Assembly (NCBI GenBank): GCA_028534125.1
Contig: CM052817.1
Span: 64,420,001 to 64,484,000 of the forward strand
Direction: 5' to 3'
Source of the DNA: Lama glama
Lineage: Eukaryota
DNA length: 64,000 nucleotides
Every line of letters starts with the position of its first letter. Position 1 is the first letter of the stretch. Shown piece after piece: positions 1 to 13,060 of this stretch. A program made the translations under genes and the position numbers. The notes beneath the pieces are model-generated. The model saw only the letters and a list, made by a program, of their open reading frames with translations. It was not told where the DNA came from and made no database searches.

Positions 1-799
1 CAGTGATACATTAACATATTATGCTTAAGTTTCACTTTTTAAATTGTGATGAATCTTTTGGAAACGTTTATATTTGTTGGTGATTTTTGTGATTCATACT
101 CAACGTAAATAGTCCACAAATGACAAAAGTTTTAGAAACTTTTAAAAATGATGGTTAAGGCAAAATTAAGGCTTACAGGTCTAAGCTTTAACCAAGGCTT
201 AACCAAGATTGCAAAGAGCTGAGAGGATGGCAGGCCTACAGCTTATCCCCCAAGAATCAACTCAGGTATCATATTTTACAAACATTTGAATCCTGTCTGT
301 GTGCCAGAGTTATAACAATGTACAAAAAGCAGCCCTTGTCTTTAAGAAACTTCAGAGAATCTGTGAAACCTCAGAGGTTTAAGCACTGCACTGCAGAAAA
401 GTTAAGAAGCTCTAAAAAAATACCAGAGAACATCCACCAAGACCTAGAGGAATCAAATCAGACAACTGAGATCTGAAGGCTGAAGGGGTGGCAAAGGAGA
501 GCGTTCATTCCTGGCTTCGGCAACATGATTTGCACAAATCTGGGAGGTGAGAAAGAGGACACTATCCTCAAAACTGCAGATATCTCAGCAGGGCAGAGCA
601 CCTAACACGAAGAGACAACACTCTGATGAACCTGTTGTGTGACAGTGTAGACAGTGAAGGATATTAGCAGGAGAGTACGTGATTAGATTAGTGCTTTAGA
701 AACAATGTAGTGTGGAAAATGAATTAGAGGGTGGCAGGAAAAGGCAAGACTTGTCAGGTGGCTGCAGAAGCAATGGGATGATTTAAGAGCAGTGATAGC

Positions 800-977
800 T
801 TATAAAATAAACAACAAGGTCTTACCATATAGTACAGGGAACTATATTCAATTTCTTGTAATAGCATATATTGGAAAAGAATCTGAAAAATACATGTATA
901 TGTATAACTGAATCACTTTGCTGTATACCTGAAACTAACATTGTAAATCAACTATACTTCAATTAAATTCTTTTTTA
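800..977 (+). mobile_element. 5'-truncated L1 3' end (Cetartiodactyl type)
   Basis: aacaacaaggtc...agtacagggaactatattcaa...tgtaaatcaactatacttcaat. TSD-like aagagcagtgatagc (785-799) / aagagcaatgacagc (978-992). Confidence 0.85.
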
Positions 978-2694
978 AAGAGCAATGACAGCAATAATTA
1001 TGGAAACGCAAAGGAAGGGGGAACAGAGGATGAAAGTGAATTCTGACATTTGATTTGGGTCTTGAAGGAAGAGTAGGGGTTTACCAAGTAAGGAAGGGCA
1101 TTCAAGACACAGCAAAGACAAAGGAAACTAAAAAGAAAAAGACATATTCCTGGATATTCATATATAAATGAAATGAGATATGAAGAGAAAGACGGAGTGG
1201 GAACAGGTTGGGGTGCCACTTGGTTTTCTGAGCTGGGGAGTGTCATGCTCAGATCTCTATTTTAGAAAAATGAAAACAGGGCGCAGGAGAGATTTGAAGT
1301 TCAAGGAGATATCACCCTACCAAGCCCCTTTACAACAGCACAGCACCTCTGGATCGCCAGAGGAATTCCTTCAATCACAGGAGATCTGACCAGAACGAGG
1401 GCACGCTTAGATTTCCATAATGAAGTACTTTCAGGATTAGGGAGGGAAATATTCTTCAACATCAGCGACATCTATTCAAGGTGTCCCTCCTGTTTCTTTT
1501 CCTTTTCCTCACTGACTAATATGAATCAATCACCTGTCCTGCAGGCTACTTGGTGGAGGTAAACAGAGTGATGGGGAGAAGGTAAAAAACACCAGCTGAC
1601 TATGCTCCCCAGGCCAGAGTGTTTGACTGACTGACTGCAGGAGTGGAAATACCACTCCTGTCTATTCAAGAGGAGCCCTGGGAATACCTGTTCTTTGTAC
1701 AAGATGTGGTTTAAAAAAAAAAAAAAGAGTCATCATAGTAATGCAGGGCCAATTTCTTCACAAGGAGTGGGATGAACATGTCACAAAGGGCCATTGTGAG
1801 CAAAGTTTCCCTTAACTGGATGGCATAGCTAATTTGCAGCATCCTAGCAGCAAGTAAACTCCACTCCCACACAAACATCAGAAACTTAGTGAGAGGCTGT
1901 GAGCTCCTGACACAGGCTCAGATCTATGATTGGGTCCACAGAAAAGATGCCACAGGAAATGGTCCCTGGTCTCTGACAGCACAGCAGGGAATCCAGCAAA
2001 GAAAGCTATTTCTAACCCTGAATTCAGTGACTCATCTTCCACCTTTTAATTTTCTGAAATTGGGATGCATCTCACCACTGATTTAATGTAGTGTTATTTC
2101 TTTTCTTGTAAGATGTTCTTCAATAGATACGTGTCAACTGATGTGCTAGGGAAGGCATGGGCAGATCCACTCCCCCGGGGGGTGGCAAACATGCTAGTCA
2201 GCCAGTGACCTCTGGAACAAGAGGCTCTTTGCTTATGGAAAACTTCTTCCTGCAGGACGGTGCCCACTGAGTGGGTGGCCAGGGAGGTTTGACCTCTGGG
2301 TGGGCAGAAGAAGTGTCTCAAGTAGCATAATTATGGGGTCCTCTAAGGGACGGGGTGTGTGTGTCGGGGGTGGAACTCTCATGCATCCTGTTCAGCCTGA
2401 AATTCCTGTATTACAAAGTCATCCTTTAGGTCTTAAAAATTCATCTTGTCTTTGAGAGTTTCCATTGTATGATTTTCAAATTGAATAGCAATGAACTCTT
2501 TTCAAGTAAAATCTCATTAGAAATAATAGTATAGAGACAGATATTTCAATGGCTTCCTTGCTTAGTGGAAAACATCTTATTCTTTGCAGGATTTCTGAAT
2601 CACCTCCATGGAACATTGTTTGAAAATCAGTATTACAATCCACTAATAGATATATGGGGAAAAGTTATGAGTGATTAGAAACTTTCAAATTTAC

Positions 2695-2830
2695 CTAGTC
2701 CAACATCCTCATTTAATTAAAGAGGCAACCGAGACTCTGAGAGGTTAAAAGGCTCACCTATGGTTAGTACTTATCCAGGTGGTGACTGCTGGGATCAGAA
2801 CCTTGGCCAGCTGGTTCCCAGTCTACCGTT
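2695..2830 (-). mobile_element. MIR remnant
   Basis: Degenerate reverse-complement MIR core (catt..a.agaggcaaccgagactctgagaggttaa). Confidence 0.5.
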
Positions 2831-4248
2831 CTGGTAGGACAGTAGGGGGCCATTTCCAAGAAGGGGCAGGCAGAGGTCCACATCCCTGGGTCACCACATT
2901 GCCTGGAACTGGCCCTGCACCCTCAGAGGGGACACCTGCCACCACAGCCACTGGAGCTTCTACAGCCTGGTTCTCCTGTCTCTCCTTTTCCCATGTGCCA
3001 TCCTCCATCAGGAGGATGGCCATCAGGGAGGGGACAACCTCAGGTAAACAGACCAATCAGTCTCCCAAGAAGAAAGGTTGAATGGCTAAGACCCACAGAA
3101 GGCAGAATTTCTCCCTGCTTTTCTCTCACCCTGAGTCCTGGGAATGTCTTCTCAGAAATGCCATGTGGGCTCCTGGGATCACCCATCCTTCCTTCCCAAG
3201 AGGCAGCTCTAAGCCATGGCGGTACCTGATGCCGGACTGAAATCCATGCCACGTTCCAACCCTGCCAGGTGGGCATATTAGTGTGTCATCAGTGGCCTCA
3301 GTTATAAATGTGGGATAATAATAGTACTGGGCTTGTGATGATGTGGTGAAGAGTCAGTGGGAAAGTACACGTGGAGCACTTAGCATGTGGTGAGAACTCA
3401 GTCATCCAGTTACCTCGTATTACTAATAATGCTAGTTGTTATCTAGTCCAATCTGTTGAGTAGCTGTTTTGTGGGAGGCACATGCCTCATAAAACCAAAA
3501 ACATTTTTGAATAGCTGCATCTTTTACATTAGGTTGGAGGGTAGAGGGGAACCTGGTTGAACTTAGTGACAAACCACTTGTCATCAAACTAAGGAAGATT
3601 CAGCTGAAAGAATCCCCCACAGATGCTTTGCTTCCATCCCTGCTGATACAGTCAGCCTAATTCCTGGGCACTGTGATGCTAAAATACTAACTCAGTTCCA
3701 TAAATACACACTTGATCAGCAGTGGTCCTTCAGTCAGGGAACTGTAATGAAAACATGCTTTCTCTTCATCGTTTTAAAATGCTAGTCTTTTGTTCTTGTC
3801 CCAAACTCTCCCATTCTTCCTATTTTTCTCCTCTACTCTTTATCTTGTTTCCTGCCTTCCAAGTGTAATAGGACTTCTTTGCCATCTAGAGAAAAAGACC
3901 AAGAGATATTCTTCTCTGCCTTGCTGTAGACAGGTGCTTCCCGAGAGCCCTGCTGCTTAGGGAAAAGCTGTTAGATGAATAAAATCTTTCCACTACTTCT
4001 AATGTGAAGAGGTATCAGACATGGGTAACTGAGGATACCTAAGGAAGTTTGACAGAAAAATACTTCAATGGTATTATTGGACAATGAAAATAAGTTTATA
4101 AAAATAATAAGCAACATTTTGAAACTAAGTAAACTGAGCTCGTACATAAAATATAACGAGAAGACTTGGCCATGAATGTTGGGTGATGGGGGAGGCTGTC
4201 TTGGGAAGGCGCTCGGAACTCAGGTAACTGACTTCTAAGCAAACAATA

Positions 4249-5085
4249 TGTAATATTGTGATTTATCATAAGAAATACATATTTGATCTTCATCCCATTC
4301 CTGATGCAGAGCTCCTAAAACCTTGGAATTTCCCAAGTGATAAGGAGAGAGAATGGTGTTACTTATAAGCCCTTTCAACCACACCTGAGTTTATGAGGTG
4401 ACTTTTGCAAAGCCCCTAATGGTGGGGCTGGTTGCCAGAGGAACCAACCTTGTGATTAGAGGGTTGGAATGGTCAGCTCTATTTTTCCCACCTCTGGAAA
4501 GGGGAGAATGGCTGGAGACTGAACTTGATTACCAATGGCCGGAGACTGAATTTGATTACCAATGGCCAGTGATTTAATCAATACTGCCTACGTACCGAAG
4601 CCTCCACAAAAATCTCTAGAGCACTGAGAGCTTCTCGTTTGGTGAACACATGGAGCTGCTGGGAAAGTGGCTGGAGAGGGTATGGAAACTCCTTGCCCCT
4701 TCCCCTGTAGCTTGCCCTGTGTGTCTCTTCCATCTGGACGTTCCTGAGTTATATCCTTTGTAATAAACTGGTAATCAAGTAAGCAAACTGTTTTCCTGAG
4801 TTCCATGAGCTGTTCTAACAATGACTTATAGCCAATCAGTCAGAAGTCCAGGTGACAACTTGGACTTGCATTTGGTGTCTGAAGCTGGGATGCAGTCTTG
4901 TGGGCCTGAGCCTTAACCCGTGGGACCAGATGCTCTCAAGTCAGACAGTGTCAGATCTGAGTCAAAGTTGTAGGACACCCAACTGGTTAGTGTGGGAAAC
5001 CCCCCAACACACACATACACACATTTGGTGGCCAGAAGAACTGAGTATGAGAATAGAAGACAAAACAGAGTTTTTCCTTTACACA
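4249..5085 (+). mobile_element. MER21-like solo LTR
   Basis: Starts tgtaatattgtgatttatcataagaaatacatatttg, contains cagagctcctaaaaccttggaat and aataaa, ends ...tttacaca. Confidence 0.8.
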
Positions 5086-5189
5086 GCGCCTTGGGGGCTC
5101 ATGGTTATTTTACACTTACTATACTGAAAACTAAAGTTATATATGTAAGAACTAAACCTAAGAGTGATTTGAAAACATGATTTACAATC

Positions 5190-6600
5190 ACCTGTGTCAT
5201 ACATCTAATTTCCACGTATTCATAAATCTGTTGCTGGCTCTTTGTTCTGTTCCTCTGGTCTATTTATGTTGTCTTCAATACCTCCTCCTGCATTACTGTA
5301 GATTTTTTTATAAGGTATATGATAAAGTGAGTCCCTGAATTTTCATTTTGCCAGAATTTTCTTGGCTCTTCTTGGTCTTTTACACTTCCTTATACACTTT
5401 AGAATTAATCTTTCAATAAAAGAAGAAAAAATTCATTGAGTTTTTATTGGAATTGCATTGATTGATTCTACTAATTTGGGGGACATTTAATAGCTTTAAG
5501 ATATTGAGTATTCCCATCCAAAAGCATGATATATGTTTCTACTTAGATTGGCTTTAATTTTTACTACATTTTATAATTATCTCCAAAGCAGTCTTGCATA
5601 TCTTTTGAAAGACTTATTCTTATGTACTATGGTATTTTCGTTGCTATTTAAAATAGAGTCTTTCTTAATTACATTTTTTACATTTGTTGCCAGGGTGTAG
5701 GAATACAATTGATTTTTTTTAATTGAATTATAGTCAGTTTATCATGTTATATCAATTTCTGGTATACTACATAATGTTTCAGTCACACGTATACACATAT
5801 ACATTCCTTTTCATATTCTTTTTCATTATAGGTTACTATGAGATAAAGTTCCCTGTGCTATACAGTAGAAACTTGTTGTTTATCTATTTTATATTTAGGA
5901 GTTAGTATTTGCAAAGCTCGACCTCTCAATTTATCCCTTCCCACCCCCTTACCCCCCTGGTCACCATAAGTTTGTTTTCTATGTCTGTGAGTCTGTTTCT
6001 GTTTTGTAAATAAGTTCATTTGTGTCATATTTTAGATTCCACATATGAGTGATAACAGATGGTATCTTTTTTCCTCTCTTTCTGGATGACTTCACTTAGA
6101 ATGACAATCTCCAGGTTCGTCCATGTTGCCAATTGATTTTTTATGCATTTGTATCCAGAACTCTTGCCAAGTTCGTTGGTCAGTTCTAGTAATTAGCCTG
6201 TAGGTTCCCCTGGACTTTCCCTGTAGACTACGTACATGTAAATGGTGAACAATGGCAGTGTTGCTTCTTCCTTGGCAACCTACATACCTTTCTTTTTATT
6301 TTTATTTTTTTTTAACTCACTACACTCATAGGGTATATGGTAAGACAGACACAGTAAAATGGGTTTTTTACTTTTCCTGATTTGTAATGAAATGTTTTTT
6401 CTTGTACATGATTACATGGGATGTTATCAGTGAGTTCTGGTAGAAACCCTTTATCGGGTTAAGAAAGTTTCTTCTCTTACTAGTTTTCTAAGTGATTTTT
6501 GTCAGGAAGGTATATGCAACTTTATCTAATGCTTCTTAGGTTAAATTTTGAGATAACCATGTGGTTTTTCTTTCATAAAATGTTAATGTGGAGAATTAGA
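5190..6600 (-). mobile_element. Old L1M ORF2 remnant
   Basis: T-rich antisense L1 ORF2 motifs (ttattggaattgcattg, tattgagtattcccatcc, ttaagaaagtttcttctcttactagttttcta). Confidence 0.7.
5719..6129 (-). mobile_element. Younger L1 3' end nested in the old L1
   Basis: ttccctgtgctatacagtag and tttagattccacatatgagtgat motifs. Perfect 13-bp TSD caattgatttttt (5706-5718 / 6130-6142). Confidence 0.9.
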
Positions 6601-6881
6601 GCAAATAGGTATTTATCAAAATTATCCATGAGCATGGTTTAAAGGGTCCGATGGCTCCATGGCAGACCACTCTCTAGTAAGGTGTGCGAGTTCCAGTCAC
6701 CCTACAGCTTCATCCACACTTGGTATTCTTATCAGTGTTATCATTTTGGCCATCCTAGCACGTGTGGGGTGATAGCTCCTCATTTATGAGCTCCGTAGTT
6801 TCTGCTGGGGGTAAAACTAACCAAAACTGACTAGTGTAGAGTGAGCCACACCAAGATGCTTGCAAATTGGTAGATAAATCA

Positions 6882-6896
6882 ATTTGCATAACAATA
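6882..6896 (-). promoter_or_regulatory. SOX-OCT (Sox2/Pou5f1-type) composite motif
   Basis: Minus strand reads TATTGTTATGCAAAT; canonical composite is C(A/T)TTGT(T/C)ATGCAAAT. Function untested. Confidence 0.45.
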
Positions 6897-7089
6897 GCTC
6901 AACCCAAAGTCAACATCATAACAGAGATTCCAAAACCACCGTGAAGGGCTGTTGCCAGGGCTTTGTGAATCCATTATCTATAAACGGTAGCTGTAATCTA
7001 CTGTTTGCACACTAAATTAATAACCTTATAACTATGTGGGCTCTAAGGCTTTTTTTTCTTTATAAAAGGGCTTCTTATGTGGCTAAGAC

Positions 7090-7290
7090 ACAGGAGGGGC
7101 ACTGACAACTATTCTATATGACCTGGGGTAAACACTGAAACCTGAGTTTCTGTCTTCATATGTGTCAAGTGGGATAGTAAAAGGATCCACAGAGTAGGGT
7201 CATTTTGAGAATAAAATGAGACAATCCACATAAAGAATTCAGTCCAGTGACTAGCTCGGCCCATGTGCTCATTAAAAGCTTAGTTGTTAA
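7090..7290 (+). mobile_element. MIR remnant
   Basis: tgacctgggg...ctgagtttc...gggatagta...tgagaataaaatgagacaat...gtgctcatta. Confidence 0.55.
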
Positions 7291-8324
7291 TGCTTGTCAA
7301 ACAGCTTGGATATTAGTTGCGTCAATAGTAGACAAGAAGTTAAGCAGTCTTGCAAACCCCTAGCAGATACATATACAAACTGGACAAAGTGGAAAACAAT
7401 ATGTGAAACATCTGGAAGCATCCCAAAGTGGACAGAAACCAGAAGAAACTTCAGTCTCAAGAAACTGCAAGTAGAAGGAGTAAAAACTGCAGGCTGTGCT
7501 GCTTGATCCAAGGTAGCTGCCAACTCCCACGGCCACGGCTGAAGAGAAACTACAAAGTTAAAGGACGCTGTTATGTAATGGATGGCCTTGACTCTGTCTA
7601 AAGTAACAGTGTTGTAAGCGGTGGTCTTCAGAGGTACAGAAAAGGGGAGATGAAAAGAGAAATTGCTCATCCAGACTCACGCCAGAACTCCATACCTGGC
7701 AGACGTTATTATAAAGGAATCAGTGAAGAGTACTGCACAGTTGGGGGATGACTGTTCATTCATTCATTGTGTGCACTCCCCTCCTTGTCCATTTATTCAA
7801 CAAACTTTTATCAAGCATCTGCAATTTTATTACTAAATAGAAGACCTATAAAGATGAATTTCTGGATTTCCTCTCTTTACTCTCTAGACACAGACTTGAG
7901 CAACTTCAGAGTTAATTTGAAAGCTTCACCTCAGAAACCTGCACCCGGTCGTGGCTTCCACCTGCCTGAAATCATCACTGGCAACAGAGTGAGCAGGGCA
8001 GCAGCTGTGTGTACCTTGAGTTTCCACCCACGTCCATAGGCCTGGCTGAGAGGGTCTACACCCATGACGACCACTCTTGGCTGCATGTTAGACTCACATC
8101 AGAATTTGTAAATCTTCCTGTGTGATTCTGGGTGCAGCCAGAATGGAGGATGAACACCAGGCTGGCTTAGCTGCACCAGCACAAGTGAGAACTGCTAGAT
8201 AGTCTTCCAGGCAGCAGGGAGGCAGGGAGGTGTGCTGCTACTGATGGTGAGACAGGGCAGGCTAGAGGAGGAGGGGGGCTTTACAGTCAGCTCCCATGCC
8301 TACTCCCCACTGGAGGGGATTAAT

Positions 8325-8688
8325 TCCCATTGGGAAGCGTTGTGCCCCAAAATTCATATGCTGAAGTCCTAACCCCCATTGTGCAGAATGTGACTGTACT
8401 GGGACATGGTCCTTAAAGAGATGTGAGTGTGAGCCCTTATCTGATATGACTGGTGTGGCTATAAGAGGAGGAAATTAGCACACAAGCACACAGAGAGGGA
8501 AGAGCGTCTGGAGACACAGTGAGAAGGCAGCCATCTGCAAGGTAAGCAGAGAGGCCTCAGAAAAAACCAACCCTGCTGACACCTTGATCTCAGACTTAGA
8601 GCCTCCAAAACTGGGTGAAAATAAACTTCTGTCGTTTAAGCCACCCAGTCTGTGGTGTTTGTTAGGGCAGCCGTAGCCAACTCATACA
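8325..8688 (+). mobile_element. MLT1A/B-like MaLR solo LTR
   Basis: ccccaaaattcatatgctgaagtcctaacccc...ccctgctgacaccttgatctcagact...tttaagccacccagtctgtggt...aactcataca. Confidence 0.85.
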
Positions 8689-8919
8689 GGAAGCACAGGC
8701 ACCGTGTTGATGCTGTGGTTGTCTGAATGCCTTATTGTGGTTGTTATTGCTAATTAAAAGATATTCATGGTAAAAAAAAATCATTCTAAAATTAGAAAAG
8801 GGTATAGAATGAAAATGTTAATTTCCCTCTTCTCCCCTGAACCCTCTGTAATCACTCCCCTGAGATACGTACTGTTAACAGAGTTTTGTATTAAATCATA
8901 TCATGTGAGACTAACAGGA

Positions 8920-9850
8920 TTTACTTATTCCCTTACACAACGAGCACTGATTCCCACTACGCGCCAGACACTGTGCCGGCCACCATGCAAATGCTATTCC
9001 AACCCTAGAGCTGACGGTATGGTGGTGCCTGGCTTCTGTCTCTGGGGTCAGGGTCCCTCAATGGGAAGAGGAGGGACACTGGGAGCTGATGCTGGAGGCC
9101 AGATTGGAATGAACACAGATGTTACTTAAAGGAGCCAAAAGCAATCACAACCAAAGGGCAAGTACCAACAGGAACTAAAATCTATGCTTAGTCCTGAAGG
9201 AGAGACTCCCAGCCACAAATCTAGGAGAAGAGCAGGCCAGGGATGGAGGGCAAAGTAGGAAGCGAGGAGGTGCAGAGGCCCCCAGCAGGACAGCGAGTCA
9301 GCATGAGCTGCAGCAGAGAGGGTCCTTCAGACCCAGGCTGTGAACACGGTGGGGCACAGGGTCTGGCGGAGCAGCCCCGGCCCAGCCAACCGGCTTCACG
9401 TCCCAGGGCCTCACAGGACAAATGCACACACGGGGGAGGCAGCAGCCAGCAGCCGGGCAGCCGTAGTAATGAGTAATTGTAGCCATGGGAGGACACGCCC
9501 AGATGCCACGGAGCCCAGGGAAGGACTTAGGGAAGGGAAGTCAGAGAGTGATGGGGGGAGTGAGGTTTGAACTGGGTCTTGAAGAAGAGGCATTTACCAG
9601 ACGAGGGTGTGAAAGGACATTATAGGAAAAGGAAGCGCAGCGCATAGCTGCACGTTCCCGTGGGAACAGGGCACGTTTCCTGAACAGAGAACAGTACGGT
9701 GCGGCAGACACATATTGTTTATGGGACAGAGGGTCTGGAAAGGGACCCAGAGTCAGGCCAAACAGCACAGATTAGAAACAAGTTTGGGCCATATCCTAAA
9801 GAATTTTGATCAGGGGAAAGATGTACTGAATCTGGGTTGCAGACGACAAT
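8920..9850 (-). mobile_element. L2 remnant, interrupted, unusually CpG-rich
   Basis: acttattcc...gagcact...gccagacactgtgc at the left end; GA-rich L2 motifs gaggtttgaactgggtcttgaaga and gggccatatcctaaagaatttt. The middle (~9130-9500) is not assigned. Confidence 0.5.
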
Positions 9851-11073
9851 CTACCTGGTCCTACTAGGGGCAGTGCCTGCACCTGGGAAGAACAGCCAGC
9901 CCTGGGGAAAGCATTTTATTGTCAGCCTCCCTCCCTCATTCCCCACAGCTGCAGGAACTTTTCTTAGCTTCTGCAGCTCTCTTCCCCCGAGCAGGTCACT
10001 CACTGCCTGTGACAACAGTGGGCATGCCTCGTTGCTCCAGGCCCCTGAAGAATGCCCTGGCACAGACTGCCCACCATGGGTCACCGTGATGCCCAAAGAC
10101 TCAGAACAGCTGCAGCCTGGGCTGTGCCCGTGAGCCCTTCCAAAGTGCACAAGGACGGAAGAACGTGGGTCCCTCTGCTCCAATCCAATGACTCCCTTCC
10201 ACGCCAAGCACTGAAGAATCTTGCCGGGTGACCACATGTGTGCAGATCTCCATGATGTGCTTTAGGTCGGAACTGAGGCCCTCCTGTCTCTCCAGGATTC
10301 TGTAGATGGCCATCTCACTGAGAATTCCCAGCATGTAAGACAGAACATCCCCAGGGTTATCTTTGGTCAAGGATCAAACAGCTGCTCCCCACTGTCTCAG
10401 CAGAATAAAATGCTTCTACTGAAGCAAAACCGACACGGTCGCACAGCACAGATAAGCGTGCAATCTGGGCTGTGGGAGGCACGGTTATCTGGAATATTGT
10501 TCCTTACCCAGGAGAGAAGCCTTTATCTGAGGAGTACTGTAGCCATGTACTTTGAGATAACAAAATTTCCTAGGGAATTCTTCATATCAGCAGCGACTCT
10601 CCATCCCCAGACTTAAGGGGAAAAAAGTCAGTGTGTATTTCTTTGCCTTCTATGGCTCAGAGGAAGTGTATGAGTGTCAGGGGAGAGGAGGATTTGAAAA
10701 GAGCTTGTCCAGTGTGTGTCCTGGTCCCCGACCTGAGCACGGGAAAAGGAGAAGCCATGAGAACTGTGGGTAGGACCTGCTTCACAGTGCAGAGGCATGG
10801 GTGAAGTCTGAAAGGTCTCCCTGACCCCGCCTCCCCAAAGGGAGTTCCCCAGTGACATTGCCTTCAGTTCCATCATCAATGACCCCTTTGGGCTAATGCA
10901 GTAGTTTTCAGTCTGAGCTGCATGCAATTCTAGGGGCTTCAGGACAAGCAAGACCAGCGGAGGACGTGTTCTACCCCTTCTCTCACCTTTAAATAGGGGT
11001 GTTCCCAATTCCTCTATGTTACATACAGGCTTCCCTTTGAGATTTCTTTTAAAAAATACTTCTTCTTAGTACG

Positions 11074-11471
11074 TATGATGGTTAAATTATGTGTCAGCTT
11101 AATTAGGCCACAGTAGCCAAATATTTGGTCAAAAACCAGTTTAGATGTCACTATGAGGGTGTTTTTCAGATGAGATTAACATTTAAATCAGTAGACTTTG
11201 AGTAAAGCAGATGACCCTCCCCAGTGTGGGTAGGTGGGCCTCGTCCAATCAGTTGAAGGCCTTAAGAGAAAAAGGCTGAGGCCCTTTAAAGAAGAAGGAA
11301 TTCCGACTCAAGTTGTGACATTAACCCTTCCCTGGGCCTCCGGCCTGCCAGCCTGCCCTATAGATTTTGGACTTGCGAGCCTCCGCAATCTTGTGTGCCA
11401 ACTGCTTTACATAAATCTCTATTTCTTCACCTCCTGTTTGCTCTGCTTTTCTGGGGACCCTGACTAATACA
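11074..11471 (+). mobile_element. MLT2 (ERV-L) solo LTR
   Basis: tatgatggttaaattatgtgtcagctt...gatgagattaacatttaaatcagtagactttgagtaaagcagat...ccctgactaataca. Confidence 0.9.
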
Positions 11472-11769
11472 GTGGATTTGAAAACTGTAGGGGTATGGGT
11501 AACAATTTGGGAAATATTTTAGGTGTAATACAGATGTGAGCAGAAGAACAATTGTGTTGGTCTCACTGGGTTCTTGTTGTGCACGAGGGGCTGCACAAAA
11601 ACGGAATGGGGCAAGGCAAGAACGCCATGGGGATGGATGGATGGCAACCGGAGGTACTGTGCAAACTCAGGACCTCTGAAATATATATATGTCAATGTCT
11701 ATACACGTGTCTGTGTGCCTGTGTACGTGCACTAATGTGTGTGTACGTGTATGGATAAGTGCATACACA

Positions 11770-13060
11770 TGCTCATACCCCCTAGTCCTCCATCCTGAAA
11801 GTACCAACAAGCAAATACACCCCAGCAGCAGCAATGAGTACACTTAGTGCCCAGATGGTGGTCTCTCATGTTCCTCACGAACACTGACCAGGACTACTCA
11901 GAAAAAGGCTGATTCGAAGGCTAGGGCGGGTAGGTACAAGATGAGCCTAGAACACATTCATGGTGACATCTAGACTGGTGTTTGACCAAATACTTAGGTA
12001 CTGTGACCTAACCAAGCTGACACATAAAATTAATCATCATACCTACTAAGAAGAAGAATGTGTTTTATAAAAGAAATCTCAAGCCAGAAAGAAAAGAAAT
12101 GCACTCACACACAAAACCAGTGGAGCGTGTTACAAGGACCAGGGAGACAGCTCAAAGGCTTCCCACTGGCTGGATCAGGTACAACTGGAGCACCAAGACA
12201 TTAAGTACAGTAGTAAACCTGTGAAAAATGAGGTTGAAAAAAATCAATCCTTGTCGCCATTTTTAGAAGACGTATGCATAAATGAAGGGGAAGGTTATTT
12301 TGTTTGCAGCAGAATGCTGAGGGCCAAATGGCCAATGTGCAGGGAGTGCTGGAGACGGAAAAACATTTTGCAGCTATGGAGTAAAGGGTAGGTCAGCAAG
12401 AAACTCTAATGGATGCTAAATTCAGGGGGAGATTTTAATGAGGAGCAGGATACGTACATGTCTTAACACGTCTCTTCATGGACTGCTTATTAGTTCAAGA
12501 GAGAAAATAAAACCTAGTAATTATTTAGCAGAGATCAGAATTGCCTTCACCAGTGAACAGTGTGTGTCTCCTGACGCACCACCCTGCGAAGGACACAACT
12601 CGCCTATGGCCAGAAATGCATAACCCCAACAGTGTCACCAAGAAACACCAGACAAACACAAAATGAGGACTGTTCTATTTTTAAAAAGAAGGGTGCCTGT
12701 GTGGGAGGTGGGACTCTATTTTTCAAAATGTCAGTATCACAAAAGACAATGAAAGGCTGTGGAAGAGCATGTCACCTAAATGCAGGAACCCAACCCTGGA
12801 CCAAATCCTGTGCTGGAGGAGAATGAAGTGCTGAAAAGAACATTATCAGATCAACTGACAAAATCAGGGTCTGACTGCCAGATTAGATCAAAGTATTATA
12901 TCAATGTGAATTTATGAAGTTGATAACTGTACTGTCGTTATATAAGAGAATATTCTATTCTTAGGAAATACACACTGAAATATTTAAAGGCAAAACACCA
13001 TATGTAATTTACCTTCAATTGGTTCAGAAAAAAGAATTCTATATCCACATGTATATATGT
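11770..13060 (+). mobile_element. L1MC/MD-like 3' region remnant
   Basis: caagatgagcctagaac...gccagaaa, and ttgataactgtactgt...gagaatattc...aggaaatacacactgaa. Confidence 0.7.
11951..12082 (-). repeat. Inverted copy of 11037-11163 (unique flank plus MLT2 5' end)
   Basis: Its reverse complement ttgagatttctttt...ttcttcttagtaggtatgatg...tgtgtcagctt...tttggtcaaa.accagt.tagatgtcac aligns to 11037-11163 at roughly 80-85% by eye. Confidence 0.9.

Noticed and set aside
1638..1660. Perfect 9-bp hairpin caggagtgg/ccactcctg
   Set aside because: A stem this short is expected by chance in 64 kb and is too small for a miRNA precursor.
2779..3276. Overlapping GC-rich ORFs on both strands
   Set aside because: No recognisable domain and no consistent exon structure.
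9837..10370. Overlapping 89-128 aa ORFs
   Set aside because: Stop-poor GC-rich sequence with no recognisable homology.
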